64,000 bases of DNA from Octopus sinensis (lineage: Eukaryota), in contig NC_043004.1 in the NCBI RefSeq assembly GCF_006345805.1, forward strand, positions 24,056,001 through 24,120,000. The letters are read 5' to 3'. The position numbers and the translations under genes were made by a program. The notes below the pieces were generated by a model. The model was not told where the DNA came from. It saw only the letters and a program-made list of their open reading frames with translations, and did no database searches. Below, one piece after another: positions 45,591-58,760 of the stretch (position 1 is its first letter; each line of letters opens with the position of its first letter).

Positions 45591-45925
45591 GAGCATGGAT
45601 AGATGTGTCACTTAGAATAAAGAATGGAGTCACAATATGCATTATTTAAATAAGGAGTTCAACAAAATGGATTTTTTTTCGTCCGTAGCCATTTTAGTGA
45701 ACGAAATATAGAGAACGGTGAGAGTTATGTGGACACAGGTGTAAGTGTGCAGAGAAATCAAAAATATGAAAGATATGTCTAGTTTTCGTTACTTCTCCTT
45801 CTCTTTCTCTCTCTCACTGTCTCTCCCTCTCTCTTACTATTTCTGTATATATATAAATAATAACATACAATAAACCGACCTTTCCCATTTTTAATGAATA
45901 TGTATGTATATATATGTATATAAAT

Positions 45926-46055
<130 letters not shown>

Positions 46056-46069
46056 ATATACATATAGCG

Positions 46070-46682
46070 CAGGAATAACTATGTATTTCAAAATATAGTT
46101 AATGGGTGCGTAAGATATTTAAGGATAGATTTATGTTTATAAAAAAGCAGATATTATAATAACAGGTAATAACTTAATTTATCAAAAACAAAATCACTTT
46201 ATTTATAAAAAAAATAAACCTTCTTTTCTATAATGTTTATTCAATAAAGCCACCTTCAGCTTCACCAACTGCTTCTATATGAGATCTATATGAATCAAGT
46301 GGTTCTGCTTTATTTTGTTACATTACTCTGACTATGGCCGCTTTCAATGAATCTTAGGTGTTATGGGCGTGTTCATTGTCCTCTCTCTCAATAACGATCC
46401 ACATTTAATAGACCAATGGATTGAGATTTGGGGAATTAGGAGGTCAAATGTTAGGGGTTATGTTACGAAAATTTCCAGCCATCCATTCCTGTGTTACTAG
46501 AGCCGTTATGTGATAGTGCAGACTCTTACTGAAATCCATATGGTCTTCAATTGCACATACTGTCTTTCCAGGGCTTAACAATTATTTCCAGGATTTCAAT
46601 GTAGGCGGCAGAATTAACGCTAAGGCCTTGTGGAAAGATGTAAGGAGATATCACATGTTCTTCATTCTTGCAACGTGCACCA
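46070..46682 (-). mobile_element. maT-like (DD37D) transposase 3' relic, a different subfamily from 10056-11223
   Basis: EEHVISPYIFPQGLSVNSAAYIEILEIIVKPW..SALSH..TQEWMAGNF..ITPNI*PPNSPNLNPLVY..LKAAI, with stops and frameshifts. Confidence 0.8.
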
Positions 46683-46693
46683 CTTACATACAT

Positions 46694-46764
<71 letters not shown>

Positions 46765-47351
46765 CAAGGTGTTCAAAAAGTCTCTCCACAGTAAGTGGTT
46801 TGTAGTAAAATAAATACTTTTTTAAAGATGGTGTAAGACAACAAGAGAATATGTTAGACTTTACAAGACTGTAAAATACTTTATAAGCGGTATTGAAAGT
46901 GTCATCCTTTATTTGCAATACATAAAATTTAATTACTTTTCTACTGCCGTGTGAGCAATTCCTTGGCTGATTTCTGTTTTCTGTGACAATTTCTGTGACT
47001 TTCATTGGCTTGCCAACAATTTACAAGAAATATTGGAGAGTCTTTTTTCTGAAAGAAGAGTAGCACTACCGCTTCTTGCTGCGTTTTCCACTGAGCCTCT
47101 TTTTCTAAATTTTCTCATCAAATCCCGCACAGTGTCACGATGTGGAACAACAGTATTTGGAAAAGTTTCGCTGAACTTCTGTTTCACAGTATCGGTGTAT
47201 TTGTTTCCAGCGCCAAACACTCATTCAACTAGAAGCGTAGGTCCTTCAATGGTTAGCATGTCGACACGCTGAAGGGCACACAAAGACTGACACTCGGCAG
47301 TCCACACTGTGATAGCTACGTTGCACATGCACAGGATGAAAAAATTCCCTG
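46765..47351 (-). mobile_element. Tc1/mariner (rosa/DD41D-like) internally deleted element retaining the N-terminal HTH
   Basis: From ATG at 47259: MLTIEGPTLLVE*VFGAGNKYTDTVKQKFSETFPNTVVPHRDTVRDLMRKFRKRGSVENAARSG. Ends TA-CA(A/G)GG at both sides. The catalytic domain is absent, so the subfamily is inferred from the N-terminus only. Confidence 0.65.
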
Positions 47352-47374
47352 TATGTGTATATATATATACCTTG

Positions 47375-47770
47375 GATCTCTTGTAGTTGTTTCAGTCATT
47401 TGACTGCGGCCATGCTGGAGCACCGCCTTTAGTCGAGCAAATCGACCCCAGGACTTATTCTTTGTAAGCCTAGTACTTATTCTATCGGTCTCTTTTGCCG
47501 AACCGCTAAGATACGGGGACGTAAACACACCGGCATCGGTTGTCAAGAGATGTTGGAGGGACAGACAGACACACAAACACACATATATTTATATACATAT
47601 ATACATATATACGACGGGCTTCTTTCAGTTTCCGTCTACCAAATCCACTCACAAGGCTTTGGTCGGCCCGAGGCTATAGTAGAAGACACTTGCCGAAGGT
47701 GCCACGCAGTGGGACTGACCTCGGAACCATGTGTTTGGTAAGCAAGCTACTTACCACACAGCCACTCCTA
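47375..47770 (-). mobile_element. CORE-like SINE family B (OR2-like), complete and well preserved
   Basis: Minus-strand head GGAGTGGCTGTGTGGTAAGTAGCTTGC..GGTTCCGAGGTCAGTCCC, core GGCACCTTCGGCAAGTGTCTTCTACTATAGCC, tail GGCGGTGCTCCAGCATGGCCGCAGTCAAATGACTGAAAC. TA-rich flanks. Confidence 0.85.
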
Positions 47771-47776
47771 GGCCTA

Positions 47777-47841
<65 letters not shown>

Positions 47842-48469
47842 AATTATATATCTTTTCATTATTAATTGAGTGCATGTGTGAATTTTCAGGTACCTATATA
47901 TACATGCACATATGTGTCTGTCTTTGAATGCCTCTGTGTGTATGTGTATCTATGTGAGTATTTGTATCACATATCGATCTTCTGCAAAGCGCAAGTCAGA
48001 TCCATAAATATCTACATATATAAGAAACGAATATTAGAAAAGACACACATTTATACATGCACGCACATAGATACAACGCATAATCTTTTGTGGGAAGGGG
48101 CTTGAGGTGGGGTTCGACAATAAACTACCCTGTAATTGAAAGAAGACGAAATGATACTGATAAGGAATCTGATAACGATAATGATGATGCTGGCGGTGAT
48201 GATGATGATAATTATGATGATGGTGGTGCGGGTGCTCGTGTTGATAACGATGATGATGAAGAAGAAGAAAAGTGGAGAGAGGGAGAGATGACGATCAATT
48301 TAGACATAAATTCCAATAAAATTATTGATATCTGATCGATTTATGATTGATCTTTGTCTACAGTAAAGTGTACAGTCGTAAAATTAGTCTCGTTTGTGAG
48401 TTAGCAATATTGTTTTATTCTCAGAAATTCAATTATTCTAGATTTTCCTTCCTTTGCTTTTATTATTAT

Positions 48470-48945
<476 letters not shown>

Positions 48946-49199
48946 TTTTTGCTGTTGTTGCTATTCATTGTCTGCACGAATGTTTTACATTCGGAATCCA
49001 TGTCCTTCATAACGGATCACAACCAGTTTCTATTTATTCGATATTAGTATATACAACCTTGGCGCATGTTTTTATACAGAGCTTCTAGATGCTGAGCACA
49101 AATCAGACTTTTGATATGTCCGATGTGTGGTTGCTGTTGTGTGGACTGTTAATTCACTGACATTCCAGGTGAGTATTGTACAAGGGAAAGATGGGTTTT

Positions 49200-49505
49200 T
49201 AATGTTGTCTGTTCCTTCTCGAGCCATGCCAGGCTCATAAGGGCCGATTTCCCGGTTTCCTTGGCGTATAGCTTCCCCACCTGGACGGGACGCCGGTCCG
49301 TTGCAGGTGAGATGCAATATGCAGGAGGAAAGAGTGAGAGAAAGTTGTTGCGAAAGAGTTAGCAGAAGTTCGCCATTACCTTCTGCCGGAGCCGCTTGGA
49401 GCTTAGGTGTTTCGCTCATAAACACACACAGCGCCCGGTCTGAGATTAGAACCCGCGATCCCTTGACCGCGATTCCGCTGCTCTAAGCAGTAGGCCATGT
49501 ACCTC
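49200..49505 (-). mobile_element. tRNA-derived SINE: family D head/body B1 with tail T2
   Basis: Body matches 43730-43850 (GAGTGAGAGAAAGTTG..CTGCCGGAGCC..TTAGGTGTTT on +). Tail on minus CTGCAACGGACCGGCGTCCCGTCCAG..TACGCCAAGGAAACCGGGAAATCGG..GAGCCTGGC matches 58640-58725. Confidence 0.8.
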
Positions 49506-51572
49506 AACAGGTTTTAATGTAACCCCCATTTTTTCATTGCTCGCATCTGGCCCCTATTTTCTGTAAATGTATGTTACCTTCATTCATATTTCCCCAGATT
49601 TGCCTTCATTAAACTTGTTTTTGAAATCTGAATATGATGAAATGAAAGACCCTATATTTATAATTCTCAGTGCTCCAGCATGGTCGCAGTCAATCGGCTG
49701 AAACAAGTAAATGAATGAAAGAAATTCTAGAATTAATTGTCAAAGTTTTCGCAGATTAGTTCTCTTGTCAAAAAAAGAAAACACAATGGAAAGTGTTGTC
49801 CGGTATAGAAAGATATAGTTGGAATGTCTTTGATGATATATTTGCTCTATCTCTATTTTTTTTCTGGACAATTACAACGTTTCCTAATGACTTTTCAGCA
49901 ATATAATCAGCAGAGTAAATTGATAACTCGATGACAATATATTTCCACACGACAAACATATCTAGAATGATAATGTTAACCAAACACTAACAATGTTGAT
50001 ATTTATGGAGAGAGGAAAAAATCATAGCAAATTATCCAACTCACCTTTGTTACTAGGAAGAACAAAACTTCATTTCCTAATCACTTTACGTATCGAGTTT
50101 TTGCTGATTGTGAAACATTTATTGTTTTACTTCTAATATAGTAGCGTTAACATATTCAGCAGTAAAATAAATTACATATAAGCTAATGTCTATGTCTTTC
50201 TAAACTGCAAAACATTACACAGTTCTTCTGACAGCTCACAGTTAATTGTTTCCTGTTATTTCTTGCAAATCTATATTCACTTCTACCAGTAAATTTCATG
50301 TGTCTAAACTTTCGTTTAGATCCTCAATTATAAAGCTATTTGCAGCAGTTTACAAACTTATTGCGGTTTATATATCATCATGATCCCCATTGCGTTTATT
50401 ACTAGCCTCATTAATCTTGTTGACAAGTTATAAATCTCTAACTGGCTATCACTGAGGATTATCAATTTAATCTTTTGGAAATTTTAGTTCATAACTTTCC
50501 TTCTTTTCCTTCATTTGATATTTGACGAACTACAGTTTAACCCTATTCTCTTTTTATGTTGATAATAAACAAAATATCGTAAAGATCGCACAATATTTTG
50601 AAATAATAATGATGATCTTTGTTTCTAATACAATTAAAAGCAATTTTGACGCCTCCTATAGCAATAACAACACAATGCTACGCACACATACATCTCTATA
50701 GGTGTCAGGTCTAAGTAAATTCTACATGCAAACATCAGCCAGAGAAAAAAGGGAGGTAACTAGAGCGGACAACGAGAAATCTAACATAACCGAGGCTAAT
50801 GTTTTGTGTCAGCAAAGGACAGATTAAAGGAGTCTCTGACGAGCGAGGGATTGGTTGTGATTTTTAGTTTGTCAGCGTTTTAGTGTAAGCGTATTTTGAA
50901 TGTCGTGGTTTTTAGAATATTTTCAAGGTGTCTCTCTTACCGTTCTCTCGTTCGTCACAATTTTATTTCTCTGAAAGGTGTAAAGTTACCGTATACAATA
51001 AAGAATATTTATTTTACACAAGCAATATGACTAATTACAATCACCTTGGATGTTATAATAAAATTAACAATAGCTTTTAGAGAAACTTGATGAGCTATTT
51101 TATAAAACCAGAAATGATATTGTATAAGACGAAGGAATTCATACATAATTTTCGAGAATGGTATTGGATACATGATAGAATATTACGTAAAAGAAACACG
51201 TAAAAGGAAAAACACCATAATAACCCAAGGAAATTCAGTCACTGACAAAAGATGATGTTAAAATATTTTGCTTCGTAATTAAGGTTTGGTGCCTTGAGAA
51301 AGTGACTTGGAATATGGTACATATAAGTGTGTGTATGTGTGAATGCATGAGGTTTTATATAGATAGAGAGGGTGTGAGATATGGAGGGAGGAGAATAGGA
51401 ATATGTAAAAAAACAAATGCAAGGAAAGGAAAAGCAAAAAGAAAAACAGATGAATGTTCACCTCATTAATGCGGCAAAAACCAAAGAAAGCATGGTGGAT
51501 TTTATTTATCCTATGTCAAAAAGGAGACGTATTAGCTGATATATGCATAGACAGACAGTTAGATACATAGAC

Positions 51573-51705
<133 letters not shown>

Positions 51706-52060
51706 CAGATAGATATGCATATATATATATGTATGAATATATATATATGTATATATATATTTATGCCTGTATATATATATTTATATGTGTATGAATATAA
51801 TTATACATGTGTATATATATATACATACATATATACAAGTGTTTCCCTAACAATACTTAGTGAAAGTAGGCAGCGATTCATTAATTAGGAACAATGCAGT
51901 TCTACAATATCCCTCGCTGGTGACTGAATTTTATAGGAATTATTAATGCGATGAGCTTAGAGACTCGTTAAAGTGTCATAAAATATGCTTCTTTATTATC
52001 GTCGAGATATTGGTGTACAAACTTGCGTCCATCAGGGGAATTTCACATACTTGGTCATTA

Positions 52061-52360
52061 CGGCGACGTGCTGGCAGAATTGTCAGCAAAATACTTAGCG
52101 GCTTTGTTTGGGCTTTAGGTCCTGAGTTCAAATGTCACGGAAGCCAACTTTGCTTTTCATACTTTCTAGGTAGATAAGTTCCAGTTGAGCATAGGGGGTC
52201 AATATAATCATCTCGAAATTGTTGACCTTCTGCGTTGACTTTACTTTTTATTTTTTCGTTATCGATAAAATAAGTACCAGTTAAGTACTAGCGTCGATGT
52301 AACTGACTTAGACCCTGCTCCCGATTATGCTGACGTTGCGTTAAAATTTGAAATCATTAT
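52061..52360 (+). mobile_element. SINE family A with a duplicated 3' half
   Basis: Head GCTGGCAGAATTGTCAGC. The central/tail segment occurs twice (about 52145-52230 and 52235-52355). Confidence 0.65.
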
Positions 52361-53994
52361 TGGTTTTGTGCTTCTTATTTTATCCCATTTTTAATACAAT
52401 TATTTTGATGCAGATATAAAGCAAGCACAACTCGTTAACCGACATAAAATATTTTTAATAAAAGATAAACAGATAAAGAGAATGCTTCACAAACAGATGA
52501 AGTTTTGAAAGCAAACATTTACACTTTAACACTTTAGCGCATGTACACATAAATGGCGATATCTAAACTCTGTCAACGAATGTAAAGATTACAATCTTCC
52601 TGATTTTGTGAAACAGATAGAAACATGGAATATGAGTCAGTTCCCGTAACAAGGAAAGATGCAAGAGACGTAAACCCAAACCGAAAGAGATCGATGCTTT
52701 CTTGCCCAACGATTTCACCGAGAATATAGTGAGCTCAAACGTCAGATAAGAATAGTTCTCGATAGACGAAGGCTTCTATTTGCCCTCGAAAGAAAGTTAA
52801 AATTACTGATGCAATGTCTCACAGTACATGCAGCGTAACCAGAGGAAAATTGTATCAAAGTGTGTGCATTATTTTTTTAATAAAGAAGCAACAAGCAAAC
52901 AGGTGTTATCTGGTACTCCACAACTAACCCATGGGCTGGTGCCGTAGTATATGGAGTAAACGAAACTCGAGGATTACGACAAGATAGATAGATATGCATA
53001 TATATATATATGTTGTATTCGTTCCAAATCAAAGTATTCTGAGTTCAAATGCTGCCGAGAAAAGAGTACTCCACCTGTCCTTTCGGGAAGTTGTGGGATG
53101 GAGGATGCTTTCGTCTTGGATCTCTCTGTTTTTATATGCCCCCTCTTTCTGTCCCTCTATATCTCTCCCTTCTTCTGTCTCTATCCTTCTCAATCCTTCT
53201 CTCTCTAACTCCCACTCTATCCCTCTATCCTACTCTTTCCCCCTCTCATACGTGCTCTCATAAAAATATGTATGTATTTCATATAAACGTTTAATTCGTT
53301 CTAATATACTGAATAACGTTCGACACCCAGTTGTGTATATCGCCATGTGTGTACATCACAAGCAAAACAATCATTACAAGTAGTAATACATGCATGCACT
53401 CCTATAGCAATTAAATGACGAAAATAGAAACTAATACTACTACCACTACTATACTACTACGGTTGCTTCCGCTGGTGTTACTGCTGCTGCTGCTCCAACT
53501 ACTACTTTCAATTATTATCACTATATTTTGCAATGCATTATCAAATTGAACATTGAACGATCTGCTTGTATAATTAAGTATTTTCCTCTCGACATTTCCT
53601 CAATTATAGATATTACAAAATGTTTTATCAGTTTTCTAACGCCCAGATAAGCTGAAACATAGATATTATGTAATGAATATATTTTATTCTTTCATATATA
53701 ATATAAAGGATGAGATCTTATACCTCATAAAATATTTCACTGTAGCATATATTTTATAGAAATACATACTTTTCTATGAATGTATGTGTGTGTGTGAGTG
53801 AATATGTGTATGAATGTGAGTGTGAGTGTGTGTGTTTGCGTGTCCCTTGAATTAGGAACAACATTATTCTAACGCAATATTTAGGCTTTACACATCAGTA
53901 TCTCATACTGTTATTGTGAAGTAAATCAATAGTCCACAGACAGCCTAGCATTATTGTGTTTAAAATGTAAACAATTACAGCGTGGAAAGCAATT

Positions 53995-54150
53995 AGTGGG
54001 TTCAAATTTTGGTACAGTACTCAACTGGTACTTATTTTATTGACTCCGAAAGAAAGTCAAAGTCGACCCCGACGGAATTTGAACTCAGAACGCAAAGACG
54101 GACGAAATGTAGCTGAGCATCTTGCCCGGATGCTAACGATTTGGCTACTT
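53995..54150 (-). mobile_element. SINE family A copy with an internal deletion
   Basis: CTGGTACTTATTTTATTGACTCCGAAAG..GTCGACCCCGACGGAATTTGAACTCAGAACG..GCTAACGATT on +. Confidence 0.7.
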
Positions 54151-54430
54151 CTTGAAGAAGGGAAATAATAATCAGTCCTAAATACAGAAAAGCTGTTAAC
54201 TTTACTTAAACATTTAGCATTTGGTTTAAGAACCTTTGCGACCTGGTTGCACGCGGTTCAATTGTACTTATAAACGGATGATTTCATAGGCTTGCGATCT
54301 GTTGCACGTACAATACATATTTACCATTTGGCCAAAAATTCAAATTGTTGTTAGTGTTGTTTTTAAACCCAAGTAGCCTTAGTTCCAACAAATAGAGGAT
54401 CAAAGACATCCTAGTTATAATCAATCCATC

Positions 54431-54475
<45 letters not shown>

Positions 54476-55550
54476 TCGGGGTGAGTACTTGATAATTATA
54501 AGCACCTGTGTATACCGTTTGGTGGTGTAGGTGGTGGAGTAAATTGATCAAAATAAAATAAAAACATGATGCGAAGGATTCAGCGGTACATAAGTTTCGG
54601 GCCTTTATTAGACAGATTTATAACAATGCATAATGTATGTCTGTGGCCTTCTTCAGCCGCGCACAACAGCTTCCACAAGGACATGTGTTACATCAAAAAT
54701 TCTTGGTTGGGGATGCAAATCCTCTCATTCACGTACGACATAATGCGGCAGCAGCATAGAGTTGAAGCGTCCATCTCTTTCTTCTCTCAATGTAGAATGA
54801 GGAAAATTGGATGTTGAGGTAATGTAAATAAATAAATACATATATAGAGGTGAAGATGGAGGGGCGAGAGTTCGGGACGAGGGATAAAAAATGTATAAAA
54901 AGTGTAAGTATAGAATAATATAAAAATGTAGAGGATAAAGGGTTGTAAGTAGATGTAAAGGGGGTATAAAGAAATATAAAGTAAAAATAGAAATAGAAAT
55001 AAAAGTAAAAAAACCTGATAAAAACATGATAAAAGTGTAAAAGAATGTAAAGATAAGGGATGTATAGAGGTTATGGACCAAGCATGGTGGTCAGGAGATT
55101 GATAAAATTTAGTTGTAGAATTGTCAGTACATCAACAGTTTCGTCTGGGGACTTAATGCGTTGTAAATCAGAGCTGATGAGCATTTAATCTGGTTCCTTG
55201 AATTAAATGGACTTCTAGTACATACATATCATCATGGATATATACACCCACATACACGCGTACATATACGCCTCCAAGCCTATAAGCATACACACGCACT
55301 CGCGTGTAAACACGTACATAAACACACACGCACCCACACGCACGCGCGTACACACACATACATACAACAGAATATCCGCATATATACACGGACATTACGC
55401 GCGTACACGCTCACATGTATATACGCGCGCCCATCACTACATACACACACGTATATGCCCGTAACTTACGATACCAAACATTGTCACTTGATACTAACAC
55501 ACGGCATACCGGAAAGTCTACAAAACTTTATAAGACCAGTCATGTGACTA

Positions 55551-55663
55551 TAGGCGTAGGGGTGGCTGTGTGGTAAGTAGCTTGCTTAACGATATGGTTC
55601 TGGGTTTATCTCACTGCGTGACAACTTTGGCAAGTGTCTTCTGATATAGCCTCGGGCCGACCA

Positions 55664-55695
<32 letters not shown>

Positions 55696-55893
55696 TTTGT
55701 GTGTGTGTGTGTGTGTTTGTTCCTTCACTATCGATGCTTGTGAGTATACGTCCCTGCAAATTAGCGGTTCGGCAAAAGAAATCGATAGAATAAGTACTGG
55801 GTTTACAAAGAATAAGTTCTGGGGTCGATAAGGTCGACAAAAAAGGCGGTGCTCCAGCATGGTCGCTGTCAAATAAATAAAAGAGTAAAAAAG
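55551..55893 (+). mobile_element. CORE-like SINE family B, complete
   Basis: Head, core TTTGGCAAGTGTCTTCTGATATAGCCTCGGGCCGACC, (TG)n, GATAGAATAAGTACTGG, tail GGCGGTGCTCCAGCATGG. Confidence 0.8.
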
Positions 55894-56077
55894 TACCAAC
55901 CATATGCTATTGAAAACATATACTAATTAAAGCCATGAACTCGCTATAAAAATAGGGCAAGCTTCAAAAATACGTCAGAAGCAAGACAGCTACGACATAA
56001 GTCACGTGTTTCTATTTCAACTTTTTGAAAACCAGTATAAACTGTAAAACCGCTTAAATCTTTAAATATTATAATGA

Positions 56078-56257
56078 ACATTTGCAGCGCGGAAGGTGTT
56101 TATAAGCCATTTAAAAATCTAGAGATGCAGCACGGAACAGGACACGGTCTCAAAGCGACGAAAATATTTTGGCAAATTAAATTTAAATGTTAAAGTGAAT
56201 CTAACAGCTTTTGAGTGTTTTTAAATAGTTTATGAACACTTTCCACGCTGCAATTGT
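56078..56257. mobile_element. Small TIR element (MITE-like), 40-bp inverted ends
   Basis: 56078-56117 and 56218-56257 are inverted repeats (34/40 identical). The same terminus recurs at 53971-53989. Confidence 0.65.
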
Positions 56258-56366
56258 TTTTGATTCAGTACACGATCCCAGATCAGATCACTAGCTATGC
56301 AAGTAGTACCCGTGTGTATAAAATAACTTTCTTTTATATATGTATATGCGTGTGTGTGTGTATATG

Positions 56367-56397
<31 letters not shown>

Positions 56398-56430
56398 GCT
56401 TGTATATATATATATATATATACATATTGA

Positions 56431-56489
<59 letters not shown>

Positions 56490-57016
56490 TATATCTGTGT
56501 GTATGAGTGCATACATGCATATATGTGAGTGTATACATACGTACATACATACACACACTTCTTTGTGAATATGCGTGTGTATCAATAGATCTGTCCTTTT
56601 ACACGGTGTATTTGTGTTGTGCATGCTATACTTGTATCCTTGCAAATATGAATCTTTGTGAGCGGGATATGTAGTTCATGAGAAAAAAGAATTTGATCTT
56701 GTTTTGCCTCTCTTCTTAGTGTTGGTTTGCCAAATTAGAAACCAAAACAAACATTAATTATCTCAAAGCAACCCATTTTTCTTGTGTTAGATTAAAATCC
56801 AGGTGAAATCATATCAATGTATAGCAGTCTATATTTAGATTAAAGAGAATGAATATTGTTCCAAATATTAACTGTGAGCTTTATATATCAGAACAGACAG
56901 ACAGTCGGACAGTGAAGCAGATAGATAGACGGACGGACGGACGGATGGACAGACATACAGAGAGACAGACATACATACAGACAGACAGACATACAGACAG
57001 ACAGACAAACAGACAA

Positions 57017-57074
<58 letters not shown>

Positions 57075-57920
57075 GAGAGTAAATACATGTGTATGAAACA
57101 ATTATTGTCTTTAATAGTGGATTATTACCTCTTGATTCTGAACTAAATATTTGCTTTAATCACAATGTTATAGATTGTTCTATTTACAGAAAGCGTTCCA
57201 CGGTTGAAAGCTAGTTTTTTTTTTTTCCTTCTGTTATTTTTTAAAATAACTAAAAAGAGTAGTAGCGTCAACTCTTAGATTTCTTAGAGTATCAATTGTC
57301 GGTGAACGCCGGGGATGTAGGGATCCCAAAACCAAAGGTCACACTCGATAACTTGCAATAGATTTGGTTCTGCTGAATCATTCAGGAAGCACCTGGTGGT
57401 TTTAATCTGGTGGTGAGTGAAATCTATTATATATCTGCCTCTATACCTAATATGCTTATCATTCAATGGTTTGGTTTATCTCTCCGAAATATGTAGCAGA
57501 ATCGAGAAACAGTTAATAGTTTTAAACAGTGGGGGCACTGTTAAACGTGATGAATTAATTTTTTACTTGAAAATCTTATAACCTTATAACATACAGGTTT
57601 TACATTATTAAATTAAGTGCGGTGGATATGCAGAATCGTTAGACCGTCGAGTATTTCTTCCGCTTTTTTACCTACATCCAAATCATGCCGAAGTCAACTT
57701 TGATGTTCATATTTTCTGGGTCTGTAAAATAACTGCCAGTCAAATACTGAATCGACTGAGCCTATGTTAGAAGCACTTATTAAACCAGTGAACATGTTAC
57801 GCCCTTAATATTCCGAAAAATAAGAATGATTTGATATAATCCTCTTTTATTTCAACATTTATGCTGAGGGAAAAACATGACCTCATGGCTTTGGAAATAC
57901 TATAATATTATAAGATTATA

Positions 57921-58250
57921 CGCGTAGGAGTGGCAGTGTGGTAAGTAGCTTGCTTGCAAACCACATGGTTCTGGGTTCAGTCCCGGAAACTGAGAGATTC
58001 CCGTCGTATATATGTGTATGTGTGTGTGTGTGTGTGTGTGTCTGTTTCTATGTCTGTGTTTGTCTCTCCAAAATCGCTTGACAACCGATGCTGGTGTGTT
58101 TGCGTCCCCGTAACATAGCGGTTCGGCAAAAGTACCCGATAGAATAAGTACTAGGCTTACAAAGAATAAGTCCTGGGATCGATTTGCATGACTAATGGCG
58201 GTGCACCGGCATGTCCACAGTCAAATGACTGATAAAAGTTAAAGAGTAAA
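57921..58250 (+). mobile_element. CORE-like SINE family B lacking the core segment
   Basis: The head runs directly from GGGTTCAGTCCC into GGAAACTGAGAGATTCCCGTCG; the rest matches family B, including the tail CACAGTCAAATGACTG. Confidence 0.8.
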
Positions 58251-58493
58251 GTGATCTACGTACGAATAATAATTTCTTAAGCGGAATAACATACAGCTTT
58301 GAGAGGATATCATTTAAAATTTCTTTATAGAAATCTAATAACATCAATACCTATTCAACTTCGGCCTGTCCTACGTTGTGTGACCTACTAACTTTGCTAG
58401 AAACATTCTTTTGTGAACTCTACAATAGCAAAAATTGACTTTCTATACAAATAATTTTGTGACCTGAATTTTACATATGTGTTTACACCTTTT

Positions 58494-58760
58494 GGAGGCG
58501 CGAAGCTTAGTGGTTGGGGTATCAGTATCATGATCGTAAGATTGTTGTTTCGATTCCTGGACCGGGCGACGCGTTGTGTTCTTGAGCAAAACACTTCATT
58601 TCACGTTGCTCCAGTTCACTCAGCTGGCAAAAAGGAGTAACGCTGCGATGGACTGGCGTCCCGTCCAGCTGGAGAACACATACGCCATAGAAACCGGGAA
58701 ATCGAGCCCATGAGCCTGGCTAGGCTTTAAAAAAAGGGCGCATTTATTATTATTTTTTTA
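58494..58760 (+). mobile_element. tRNA-derived SINE family C (Meta-like body B2, tail T2)
   Basis: GGAGGCGCG..AGTGGTT..GTTTCGATTCC head, TGTGTTCTTGAGCAAAACACTT..CACGTTGCTCCAGTTCACTCAGCTG body, CTGCGATGGACTGGCGTCCCGTCCAG tail. Confidence 0.8.

Noticed and set aside
50703-51020. Possible solo LTR (TG start, AATAAA near a CA end)
   Set aside because: No target-site duplication, no second copy and no internal domain.
57288-57412. Cadherin-like YQLSVNAGDVGIP near a GTGAGT donor
   Set aside because: The frame closes 10 codons later, the spacing to the next cadherin motif is wrong, and there is no DxNDN motif.
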